The position numbers and the translations under genes are program-made. From the human T2T-CHM13v2.0 reference genome, Homo sapiens, in assembly GCF_009914755.1 (NCBI RefSeq), contig NC_060947.1: 64,000 bases of DNA; one strand, written 5' to 3'. Shown here piece after piece: positions 28,607-47,092 of this stretch (position 1 is the first letter of the stretch; the number at the start of each line of letters is the position of its first letter). Below the pieces are notes generated by a model, which saw nothing but the letters and a program-made list of their open reading frames with translations, ran no database searches and was not told where the DNA came from.

Positions 28607-29113
28607 CTAATCAACACTATAATGAGATATTACCACATCCCAGTTAAAATGGCTTACCTGCAAGGTGGAGACAAGATGGCCGAATAGGAACAGCTCCGGT
28701 CTACAGCTCCCAGCGTGAGCCACGCAGAAGACAGGTGATTTCTGCATTTCCATCTGAGGTACCGGGTTCATCTCACTAGGGAGTGCCAGAAAGTGCGTGC
28801 AGGACAGTGGGTGCAGCACACCGTGCGCGAGCCGAAGCAGGGTGAGGCATTGCCTCCCTCGGTAAGCGCAAGGGGTCAGGGAGTTCCCTTTCCTAGTCAA
28901 AGAAAGGGGTGACAGACAGCACCTGGAAAATCGGGTCTCTCCCACCCTAACACTGCGCTTTTCCGATAGGCTTGAAAAACGGCGCACCGGGAGAATATAT
29001 CCCGCACCTGGCTCGGAAGGTCCTAGGCCCACGGAGTCTCGCTGATTGCTAGCACAACAGTCTGAGATCAAACAGCAAGGCGGCAGCCAGGCTGGGGGAG
29101 GGGCGCCTGCCAT
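28607..29113 (-). CDS. L1 ORF0-homologous antisense ORF, extended to 168 aa (translation unproven)
   Basis: ATG at 29113, MAGAPPPAWLPPCCLISDCCASNQRDSVG matches the ORF0 N-terminus; open to 28607. Confidence 0.35.
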   Translation of the reverse strand: MAGAPPPAWLPPCCLISDCCASNQRDSVGLGPSEPGAGYILPVRRFSSLSEKRSVRVGETRFSRCCLSPLSLTRKGNSLTPCAYRGRQCLTLLRLAHGVLHPLSCTHFLALPSEMNPVPQMEMQKSPVFCVAHAGSCRPELFLFGHLVSTLQVSHFNWDVVISHYSVD

Positions 29114-29388
29114 TGCCCAGGCTTGATTAGGTAAACAAAGCAGCCGGGAAGCTCGAACTGGGTGGAGCCCACCACAGCTCAAGGAGGCCTACCTGCCTCT
29201 GTAGGCTCCACCTCTGGGGGCAGGGCACAGACAAACAAAAAGACAGCAGTAACCTCTGCAGACTTAAATGTCCCTGTCTGACAGCTTTGAAGAGAGTGGT
29301 GGTTCTTCTAGCACGCAGCTGGAGATCTGAGAACAGGCAGACTGCCTCCTCAAGCAGGTCCTTGACACTCGAGTAGCCTAACTGGGAG
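28664..29388 (+). promoter_or_regulatory. L1 5' UTR internal sense/antisense promoter region
   Basis: YY1 motif aagatggcc at the 5' end; local CpG enrichment; homology to L1PA 5' UTR. Activity not demonstrated. Confidence 0.65.
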
Positions 29389-29898
29389 AATGGAACCAAG
29401 TTGGAAAACACTCTGCAGGATATTATCCAGGAGAACTTCCCCAATCTAGCAAGGAGGGCCAACATTCAGATTCAGGAAATACAGAGAATGCCACAAAGAT
29501 ACTCCTCGAGAAGAGCAACTCCAATACACATAATTGTCAGATTCACCAAAGTGGAAAGGAAGGAAAAAATGTTAAGGGCAGCCAGAGAGAAAGGTTGGGC
29601 TGCCCACAAACGGAAGCCGATCAGACTAACAGCGGATCTCTCGGCAGAAACTCTACAAGCCAGAAGAGAGTGGGGGCCAATATTCAATATTCTTAAAGAA
29701 AAGAATTTTCAACCCAGAATTTCATATCCAGCCAAACTAAGCTTCATAAGTGAAGGAGAAATAAAATACTTTACAGACAAGCAAATGCTGGGAGATTTTG
29801 TCACCACCAGGCCTGCCCTAAAAGAACTCCTGAAGGAAGCACTAAACATGGAAAGGAACAACCGGTAGCAGCCACTGCAAAAACATGCCAAATTGTAA
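29389..29898 (+). pseudogene. L1 ORF1 C-terminal remnant (RRM/CTD)
   Basis: ENTLQDIIQENFPNLAR...ARREWGPIF...YPAKLSF; N-terminus deleted; premature TAG at 29866. Confidence 0.92.
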
Positions 29899-29961
29899 AG
29901 ACCATCGAGGCTAGGAAAAAACTGCATCAAATAATGAGCAAAATAACCAGCTAACATCATA

Positions 29962-33788
<3,827 letters not shown>

Positions 33789-36700
33789 ACAATGAGAACA
33801 CGTGGACACAGGAAGGGGTACATCACACTCCGGGGACTGTTGTGGGTTGAGGGGAGGGGGGAGGGATAGCATTAGGAGATATACCTAATGTTAAATGAAG
33901 AGTTAATGGGTGCAGCACACCAGCATGGCACATGTATACATATGTAACAAACCTGCACATTGTGCACATGTACCCTAAAACTTAAAGTATAATAATAAAG
34001 TAAAAAAAAAAAAGAAAAAAAAATGGCTTACATCCAAAAGATAGATAATAACAAATGCTAGCAAAGATGTGGAGAAAAGAGAACCTTTTTACACTGTTTG
34101 TGGGAATGTAAATTAGTAAAACCACTAACAGAGAACAGTTTGGAAGGTCCTCAAAAAGCTAAAAATAGAGCTACTGTATGATACATCAATCCCACTGCTG
34201 AATATATACCCAACAGAAAGGAAATAAGTATATTTAAAGAGATATCTGCACTCTGCGCTCCAATGTTTGTTGCAGCATTGTTTACAATAGCTAAGATTTA
34301 AAAGCAACCTAAGTGTTCATCAACAGATGAATGGATAAAGAAAATATAGTGTATATACACCATATGGAGTACTACTCAGCCAAAAAAAAAAGAGAGAGAG
34401 AGAGAGATCCTGTCATTTGCAACAACATAGGAATGGAGATCATTATGCAAGTGAAGTAAGCCAGGCACAGAAAGACAAACATTGAATGTTCTTACTCATT
34501 TCTGGGGCCTAAAAGTCAAAACAGTTGAACTCATGTGGATAGAGAATAGAAAGATGGTTCCCAGAGGTTGGGAAGTATAGTGGGGGGTTGGGGGGAGGAT
34601 CATTACTGGGTACAAAAAAACAGTTAGATAGAATGAAAAAGAACCTACCATTTGATAGCATAACAGGGTAACTATAGTCAATAAGAACTCTACACTTTAA
34701 AATAACTAAAAAAGTGTAATTGGATTTCTTGTAACACAAAAGATAAATGCTTAAGGGGATGGATACCCCCCATTCTCCATTATGTGCTTATTTCATATTG
34801 CATGCCTTGCATCAAAACATCTCATGTACCCCATAAATATGTACACCCACTATGTACCCACAAAAAATTAAAAATAATAAAATTTAAAAAGTAAATATTT
34901 CTGACACAAAGAAAAATGTGCAATTCTTGTCAAAAATTTACAATGCTATCAATATCCATTCACTAAAAGAAAAATTACAATCAAACTTGCAGTAGAAAAG
35001 AAGTAGGTTAAATTGATAATTAAGTATCTACCAAAACCAAAATGTACAATATCTATAAAATGGAATACTATTGTTCTATATGATAATAAAAGTAAATGAA
35101 TAATTGAAATATGGGGATGGGATAGGAATGGTGAGTGACTGAAAATAAACATTAGGGTTCTTTTGGGGGTGATGAAAACATTTTAAAATTGGATTGTGTT
35201 GACAGTTGCACAACTCTACACATTTATTAAGTAGCGTTGAATTGTACAATTAAAGTAATTGAACATGATTTCAATTGTATCTGAAATAACAGCTTAAAAC
35301 ACTATGACAAACGTCATATAGCATATAACAGTGAAATGTTAGAAATACTTCCTATAAAATTAAGAACAAGATGTGGATGGCAGCCATCACCACCTTTTCT
35401 CAGCATAATGCTATAGAAGTTGATGTGTAATACTAAAATTTTAACAAGATATACAAATTGAAAAGTTAAAACACATATTCTATTGACAATAGCAACAATA
35501 ATATAAATATAAAATATCTAGGAACAATTTTAACTAAATGTACCTATAACATATTTGTAGAAACTTACAAATAGTTTTACTATAGAATAGACAAAAAATC
35601 ATGTAAATAAATTGAGAGAAAAGTAGTAAGTGGATGTTGTAGAAACACAAATTCTCCTCAAAATTCTACATTTAATAAAAGTCCACTCAAAATCCTATCC
35701 TTTCTTCCTTCCCTCTTAAAAAAATAGTAAAGTGATGCCATCATTTACCTAAAGGAATCAATAAGCAAAAAAGCACAAGAATGTTTAGTAAAAAAGGTAA
35801 AGTTATGATTAGACTTTTGCCATTAATTAATAAAATTCAGATACAATCATTACAATGAAATAGTGTTAAAGTAAAAGGATATCAATGCAGGAAAGGTTGA
35901 TATATTTGACAACATGAAAATTGTAACATTCTGCATTTTGACACAAGACCCACCATTATTAAATGATGTGAGACAATAACTCGGTGGTACTAGTAGAGAG
36001 AAATTATAAAAATATTTTCCCCACAATACTATTTTATACTTATTCAATCAATATTAAACACACTACTGTTATTTTGAAATAAAATAATGGAATTTAAGTT
36101 AAGGAAATAATTCAAAAGATAGAAATAGATCTACAAAGATGGACACTATTGCATTTTTATAAAAGTGAATATGTGAAATTAGCCTTAGAATGGTGCAACA
36201 TTAAGGAGAAAGTTTAGTAAATTATAGTATCTTTACTTGAATATTATGATTATGCAATAATAAAAATGTTCATGATAACAATTAACATGCTGAAAATATA
36301 ACAAATGTTTAATAAGATGTTATTTTACCATGACATGAATATATGTATGGATAGAACACAAAAACCTAACAGCTGATGCTTTAGGATATGGAGATTATAA
36401 TAATTTGCTGCCTCTTACTTTTCAATGCCCTGTATTTTTTTATTCTGTTATTTGTGGCTATGTTTTTTAGACAAATATAGAGGAAGGGATGCCTGGATGT
36501 TCTTCCAATTGCATAACTAGTGTAAATTTGAAGAAGGTAAATGCTGGCTGAAACACAAGTAGGATTATAAAAAAGATATAACTATTTCTGATTAGCTTTG
36601 CTTTTCTGCAGAGTATAGATATTAAAACACATAGGATTCAATGTATTAGTTACAGTGTCAAAGACAGAAATAATTTATTTTAATGGTTCACAGTTGATGA

Positions 36701-36955
36701 CATTTTGATGAAATTGCCCATCCCCTCTTTCCAGCATCACCACCGTTTTTTCCTCTAAGTGGTCATTTTGGTCAGACTCTGGGAGGTAGAAGGAAGTCAG
36801 CTCCTAGACCTTCATCTTTTCCAGAAGTCTCACTCAAGTTTGAAAACTTTTAAATTTATATCATTTCATTCCCTAATATTTTCTACTGCTCCTATTTGTA
36901 TATTATGTGAAGTTCTGGTGTAATTTCCTACCTCACTGTTAGCTTTGCACACATT

Positions 36956-37245
36956 TTTTTTTTTCAGACAGGGTTTCACTCCAATGCTCAGGCTGGTGTG
37001 CAGTGGCGCACTCTCAGCTCACCACAACCTCTGCCTCCCGGGCTCAAGTGATCCTTCTGCCTCAGTCTCCCAAGTAGTTGGGACTACGGGCCACACCACC
37101 ACACCCAGCTAATTTCTGTATTTTTAGTAGAGACAGGGTTTCACCTTGTTGGCCAGGATAGTCTTGAACTCCTGACCTCAAGTGATCCACCTACCTCGGC
37201 CTCCCAAAGTGCTGGATTTACAGGTGTGAGCCATCACACTTGGTC
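36956..37245 (-). mobile_element. AluS/J-type Alu
   Basis: Minus-strand dimer; TSD tgcacacatt at 36946-36955 and 37246-37255. Confidence 0.92.
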
Positions 37246-40200
37246 TGCACACATTCTTTAAACATTACTATGCTCCCATTGAAATCTGAATTTATTATAA
37301 TATTAATGAATCAATTGACTATGGGAAAATAGCATAGGTGATGTCTGAGCTGTGTCTTAAATGATATATGTGACTTTTATAGGCAGAGAAAGCAGGGAAA
37401 TAAAAATAAAACAGTCCAAATTCAGACCAAAAAGTTAGTACAGGTAGGAAATGACACCAGAAATTAATATTAAATACAATTGAGAACAGTAGAAAACATT
37501 AGGAAATATCATTATGTCAATTTGAAAGTTTTCAAACATAAATGAGACTTCTGGGAAATATGAAGTTGTAAGAGCTTGCTTCCACCCACCTCCCAGGAAC
37601 TGACCAAAATTACCACTTAGATGAAAAAATGGTGGTGTTGGAGGATAAGGATGGGCAATTTCATCACCAATGAAAAAGAATGAGAGTTGTGTTTTAGTTT
37701 GTTATATGTTTGTTCAATTTTACCAACATTTTAAAGTCATCACCAACTGAGGATGCAATCTTGTTACTCAGAGGGCTTCCTTCACAATGAGACAGATCAG
37801 GAGACAAGAAGACACTCCTCCAATTCACAAGATGAAAAGTGGGAGAAAAGATAAAGCAGAGTCAGCTTCTATACCTGGAATACAGATCAGGTAGACTCTC
37901 TCATCAGATGTGAAAATATGGCCCCAATACAACACATAAAATGAGTGGGAATGGGAGGGAAGAAAGGAGAGGAGGAAGGAATGATAGCTAAAATATTATA
38001 TAAATGAAAGTGCCAATATTAAAAATCTATCCCCTGCACTCATCATACCCAGGTCATTGTTTATATTATAAGATAAATGTTCATCAGCCTGCAAAGGAGA
38101 AGTAATAGATTAACATATAATTACATACACAGAGGAAATGTAAATTAAGAATACAATTATGCTAATTAAACTGAAAATGTGGATACTTTTTTAAGGAAAA
38201 GATAAATGAGCAAAAATGGGAAAACTTGGAATATGGAAGTGCCATTTCAGAGTTCATCCATAACAAAAAATGTATGAGGTTCTTCCAGTTAAAAAAAAAA
38301 AAAATCTGCCCATAAAAAAGTAATGCGAGAAACGTTGTCTTTATTTTTACAAAACTAGTGTAATGACAGCAGTACAGTACTGTTGCCAGAACATATATAT
38401 TCATAGAATGGAATAAAAAACCTTGAGACAAACCCCAGTATATATAAATATTTAGTTTCAGCTGGCACTTAAAATCAGTTAGGAAAGAAAGATTATTAAT
38501 GCTGTTGCAGCTACCTAATGATTTGGACAAAAATAAACATACATTTGTCTCATACAAAAATAAATTCCTGTTGATTCTAACCCACGGAAACACCAGAAGA
38601 TTAAAATTGAGTATTTTATAATATTTGAACGAAGAAAGCCTTCCTAAGCCTGACAACAAAACTAAAAATGATAAGAGTATAGATGAACAGAAGTGATCAT
38701 ATAACAAACAAACAAACAAAAAAAAAAACTTCTGAGGCAGAGTAAGATGGCTAAATAGAGACTTCTACCTATTGCTGTACCTGCAGGAACACCAAATTTA
38801 CAAACTATCTACACAAGTAAGCCCCTTCATAAGAAACAAAACTCAAGTGAGTGATCACAATAACTGGATTTAACTTCATATAACTGAAAGAGGCACTGAA
38901 GAGGGTAGTTTCCTACCCTCTTTAATTGTCGATGCCACCCCCCCCACCCCACATCCTGCAGCATCAGCCATGGCATGGAGAATCTGTGTACTTGGAAGAG
39001 GGAAAGCATAGTGATTGTGGGTCTTTATATTGGAAATCAGTGCTGCCCTGTTTACTGTGGAAAGCAACACCAGGCAGAACTCAGCTGGCACCCACAGAAG
39101 GAGCATTTAGACCAGCTCTAACCAGAGGGGAATCATCCATCCCAGGGGTCAGAGCTTGAGTTCTAGCAAACCTCACCACCATAGGCTACAGTGATCTGAG
39201 GTCCTAAACAAAATTGAAAGTCAGTCTAGGCCACAAAGATGGCAATTTCCAGTGCTTTGTAGAGTCTGAGCCAGTGGACTGGGGGGCACACGACCTAGTG
39301 AGACACCAGCTGGATCTGCCAAGAAAGTGCTTGCATTACCCCTCCCCCAAACCCAGGCAGCACAGCTCACAGCTGTGAAAGAGACTCCTTCCTTCCACTT
39401 GAGGGGAAGAAAGGGAAGAGTAAAGAGGACTTTGTCTTGCATCTTGGGCAGCAGCTCACCCACAATAGGACAGAGCATTGGGCCAAGTCCTGAGGACCCC
39501 GTTCCAGGCACTAGCTCTGGATGACATTTCTAGACATTCCTGGACCAGAAACGAACCCACTTCCTTGAAAGGAAGGACGCAGTCCTGGCAGGATTCATAA
39601 TCTGCTGCCTAAAGAGTTTTTGGGCTCTGAATAATCAGCAACAGTAGTTTGGTAGTATACACCATGGGCCTTGGGTGAGACTCAGAGCTATGCTGGCTTC
39701 AGGTGTAACTCAGCATATTCCCACTTGTGGTGGCTATAGGGAGAGACAACTTCTGTTTGAGAAAATCAGAGAGAAGAGGAAAGGGAACTTTGTCTTGCAG
39801 CTTAGGTACCAACTGTAGTTCAACTACAGTGGGGTAGAGTCTCAAGAAGGTGCTTGGGTTCCCTAATTCCAGGTATTGACTCTCAGACAACATTTCTGGA
39901 CCTGCCATGGGCCACAGGGAAGACCACTGTCCTGAAGGGTGAGTCCCAGGCCTGGCAGCATTCACTACAACCTCACTGAAAAGCCCGTGGGCCTTGAGTA
40001 AACTTCAGTGATAACCTGGCACTAGTCCTTTGGACCTGTGGTGGTGGCCATGAGAGTGGGGAGGGAATGTGGCTAACTCACCCACAGTAGAAAAGAACGC
40101 CAGGTAGATTCCTGAGGTATCCAACTCCAGGCCCTGGCTTCCAGGCAGCATCTCAGGATGTGTTCAGGGGTAGGGGAACTCATGGCCCTGAAAGGAATGA

Positions 40201-40421
40201 CACAAGCCTGGCTGACTTCACCATCTACTGATTGTATAGACCTAGTGCCTTCAGTGAACATAGGTGGTAGCCAGGAAGTGGTTACAGGAGGGTTTTGACG
40301 AGTCCCAGTGCCATGCGGCTTCAAGTCTGACTCAGTGAAGGCACAGTTGTGGTGGCGACCGGGGTGTTTGTGTCACCCCTACCCCAGCTCCAGGAAGCTC
40401 AGCAGAGAGAGGGAGAGACTT

Positions 40422-41169
<748 letters not shown>

Positions 41170-41170
<1 letters not shown>

Positions 41171-41450
41171 ATTGAGGGGAATTAATCTAAAACACTCTTT
41201 ACGCCGGTTTCTATTGACTTGGGTTAATCGTGTGACCGCGGTGGCTGGCACGAAATTGACCAACCCTGGAGTTAGTATAGCTTAGTTAAACTTTCGTTTA
41301 TTGCTAAAGGTTTATCACTGCTGTCTCCCATGGGGGTGTGGCTAGGCTAAGCGTTTTGAGCTGCATTGCTGCGTGCTTGATACTTGTTCCTTTTGATCGT
41401 GGTGATTTAGAGGGTGACTCACCGGGACGGGGATGCTTGCATGTGTAATC
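41170..41450 (-). pseudogene. NUMT fragment 2: mitochondrial 12S rRNA 5' part, inverted
   Basis: Reverse complement contains gattacacatgcaagcatccc and the SSU motif gtgccagccaccgcggtcacacg. Confidence 0.97.
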
Positions 41451-41602
41451 ATAACCCTCAACACCCACTCCCTCTTAGCCAATATTGTACCTATCACCAT
41501 ACTAGTCTTTGCTGCCTGCAAGGCAGCAGTAGGCCTAGCCCTACTAGTCTCAATCTCTAACACATATGGCCTAGACTACGTACATAACCTAAGCCTACTC
41601 CA

Positions 41603-41609
<7 letters not shown>
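41449..41609 (+). pseudogene. NUMT fragment 3a: ND4L 3' half
   Basis: [52 protein letters not shown] in mitochondrial code. Confidence 0.97.
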
Positions 41610-42007
<398 letters not shown>

Positions 42008-42168
42008 TAGGAAAAAGTAAGGGAAGAGAACAAGAATCTCTGCCTTGTAATCCAGATAATTGTTCCAGGTCTTACCCAAGACCACCAAGCCAGGACCTGT
42101 ATGTGTCTGCAAGAGCCACAGTGTTACTGAGCTTTGGGTGCTACCTAATGCAGACAAGGCCATAGTGA

Positions 42169-42606
<438 letters not shown>

Positions 42607-43362
42607 TAAATACCTAAATGTCCATACACTGACAGACATTGAAAAACATCAAGATCAACCAGGAAAACTGAACCTCACTAAACGAACTAAAGAAGGCACC
42701 AAGGACTAATACTGGAGAAACAGATATGTGATCTTTCTGAAACAGAATTCAAAATAACAGTTTTGAGGAATCTCAAAGAAACTCAAAATAACACAGAAGG
42801 AATTCAACATCCTATCAGATAAATTTAACAAATAAATTGAAATAGTGAAAAAGAATCAAGCAGAAATTCTGGAGCTGAAATATGTAAAAGAACTACAGAA
42901 TAATGCATCACAGTTTTTTAACAGCAGGAATGATCAAGCAGTAAAAAGAATTAGAGAGCTTAAAGAGAGCTATATTGGTCTATTCTCACATCACTATTAG
43001 AAAACTACCTAAGACTGGGTAATTTATAAAGAAAAGCGGTTTAATTCACTCACAGTCTAAAATGCTGTACAGGAGGCATGGCTTGGGAGGCCTCAGGAAA
43101 CTTACAATCATGGAATAAGGGTGAGGAGAAGCAAGCACATCTTCGCATGTGGCAGGAGAAAGAGAGAGAGTGAAGGGGGAAGTGCCACACACTTCTAAAC
43201 CATCAGATCATCAGATGGCATGAGATCTCACTTGCCATCACCAGAAATGCAAAGGGGAAATCCTCCTCCATTATCCAATCACCTCCCAACAGGTCCCTCC
43301 CCCAACACTGGGAATTACAATTCAACATATAATATGGGTGGGGACACAGAGCCAAACCACAT

Positions 43363-44086
<724 letters not shown>

Positions 44087-46073
44087 TCAAATTTCAAAAC
44101 ACAATCATGCCTTCCCAACAGACACCCAAAGTCTTTACTTATTCCAGCATTAACTCAAAAGGCCAAGTTTAAAGTCTCATCTGAGCCAAGGCAACTCCCT
44201 TCTGTCTATGAGTTTGTAAAATGTAAAAAAATTTAGTTACCTCCAATATACAAAGGGAGTACAGGCATTGGGTAACTAATCCCATTCCAAATGGGAGAAA
44301 TTGTCCAAAACAAAAGAGCTACAGACAGCATGCACGTCCAAAACCCAGCAAGGCAGTCATTAAATCTTAAAGCTCCAAAGTAATTTCCTTTTACTCCGTG
44401 TCTCACCTCCAGGGCATACTGATGCAAGGGGTGGGATCCCAAGGTCTTAGGCAGTTCTTCCCCTATGGCTTTGCAGGATATAGCCCCAGCAGCTACTTTC
44501 ACAGGCTGTTGTTGTGTGCCTGCATCTTTTCCAGACACACAGTACAAACTATTGGTGGAACTATCATTCTGGGGTCTGGATGACAGTGGCCCCCTTCTCA
44601 CAGCTCCACTAGGCAGTGCCCTAGTGGGGGCTCCAACCCCACATTTTCCCTTTGCACTTCCCTAGTAGAGATTCTCCATGAGGGCTCTGCCCCTGCAGCA
44701 GACTTCTGCCTGGAAAACCAGGCATTTCTATACATCCTCTAAAATCTAGGCAGAGCCTCCCAAACCTCAACTGTTGCCTTCTGCACACCCACAGTCACAA
44801 CACCACATGGAAACCACCAAGGCTTGGGGTTTGCATTCTCAGAAGCAATGGCCTGAGCTGTACCTTGGCCCCTTTAGCCATGACTGGAGCTGGAGTAAAT
44901 GGGACAGAGGGCACTAAGTCCCAAGGCTGCACAGAGAAGCAGGACCCTGGGCCTGGCCCACAAAACCATATTTCCCTCCTAGGACTCCAGGCCTGTTATG
45001 GGAGGGGCTGCCACAAATGTCTCTGAAATGGCTTGGAGGCACTATCCCCATTATCTTGGCTACTGGCATTCAGCTCTTCATTATTTATGCAAACTTCTGC
45101 AGCCTTGAATTTCTCCCTAGAAAACGGGGTGTCCTTTTCTACTGCATGGTCAGACTGCAAATTTTCTAAACTTTTATGCCCTGCTTCCCTTTTAAATACA
45201 AGTTCTAGTTTCAGGACATTTCTTTTATATACAAATGAGTGTAGGTTTTTAGAAGCAGCCAGGTAACCTCTTGAATGCTTTGCTGCTGATAAGTTTCTTC
45301 CACCAGATACCCTAAATCATCTCTCTCAAGTTCAAAGTTCCACAGATCCCTAGAGCAGAGACACAATGACACCAGTCTCTTTGCTAAATCATAGCAAGAG
45401 TGACCTTTACTCCAGGTCCAGATAAGTTCCTCATCTCCATCTGAGACCACCTCAGGCTGGACTTCACTGTCCATATCACTATCAGCACTTTCGTCACAAC
45501 CATTCAAAAAGTCTTTAGGAGGTTCCAAAATTTCCCTTATATTTCTGTATTCTTCTGAGCTCTGCAAACTGTTCCAACCTGTGCCTGTCACCTAGTTCCA
45601 AAGTCTCTTCCAAATTTTCAGGTATCTTTATAGCAGCGCCCTACTCTACTGGTACCAATTTACTGTATTAGTCGGTTTTCATGCTGCTGATAAAAACATA
45701 TGCAAGACTGGGTAATTTATAAATAAAAGAGGCTTAAATTACTCACAGTTCCACAGGCTGCACAGGAGGCATGGCTGAGGAAGCCTCAGGAAACTTACAA
45801 TCACAGCAGAAGGGTAAAGGAGAAGCAAGTACATTTTCATATGGCAGCTGGAGAAAGAGAAGGTGAAGGGGAAAGTGTCACAAACTTCTAAACCATAAGA
45901 TCTTATCATAAGTCACTCACCATCATGAAAACAGCAAGTGGAAAATCTGTCCCTATCATCCAATCGCCTCCAACTGGGTATCTCCCCCAACATAAGGAGT
46001 TACAATTTGCCATGAGATTTGGGTGGGGACACAAAGTTAAACCATATCAACAGCCTATTTGAAAATACACAGT

Positions 46074-46455
<382 letters not shown>

Positions 46456-47042
46456 TCAATAGAGAAAATCTAAGAGTTATTGGCCTTTAAGAGGAGAGAG
46501 AGGGAGAGATGCAGTTAAAAAGTTTATTTGAATGGATAATAGCAGAGAAATTCCCCATCTTAGGGAAATATATCAATATTCAAGTACAACAAAGTTATAG
46601 AACACCAAGTATATTAAAATCAAGAAAGAGTACCTTGCGACATTTAAAAATTAAACTCCCAAAAGTCAAGGATAAAGAATTTCTAAAAAAACATGAGAAA
46701 AGGAACAAATAATACACAATGGAGCTCAAATACATCTGGCAGCAGACTTTTCAGTGGAAACCTTACAGGGCAAGAGAGAGTGGATGACATATTTAAAGTG
46801 CTAAAAGGATAAAATTTTAACTCTAGAATAGTATATCCCATGAAATTATCATTCAAACATGAAGGATAAACCAAAACTATTGCAGACAATTAGAGGCTGA
46901 GGAATTTTATCAACACCAGACCAGTACTACAAGAAATGCTAACAGAAGTTCTTCAGTGTGAAAGAAAAAAACATGTTAATGGGCAATAAGAAATTATCTG
47001 CAGGCATAAAACTCACTGGAACTAGCAAGGACTCAGAAAAAC

Positions 47043-47092
47043 TATATATATAGTTTTTTATATATAGTTATATATATATATATATATATATA
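47043..47092. repeat. Interrupted (TA)n microsatellite
   Basis: Direct observation. Confidence 0.9.

Noticed and set aside
39385-40100. ~355-bp direct repeat units (also ~24420-25100)
   Set aside because: Present in both L1MA copies, so intrinsic to the L1M 5' UTR and not a locus-specific array or CRISPR-like structure
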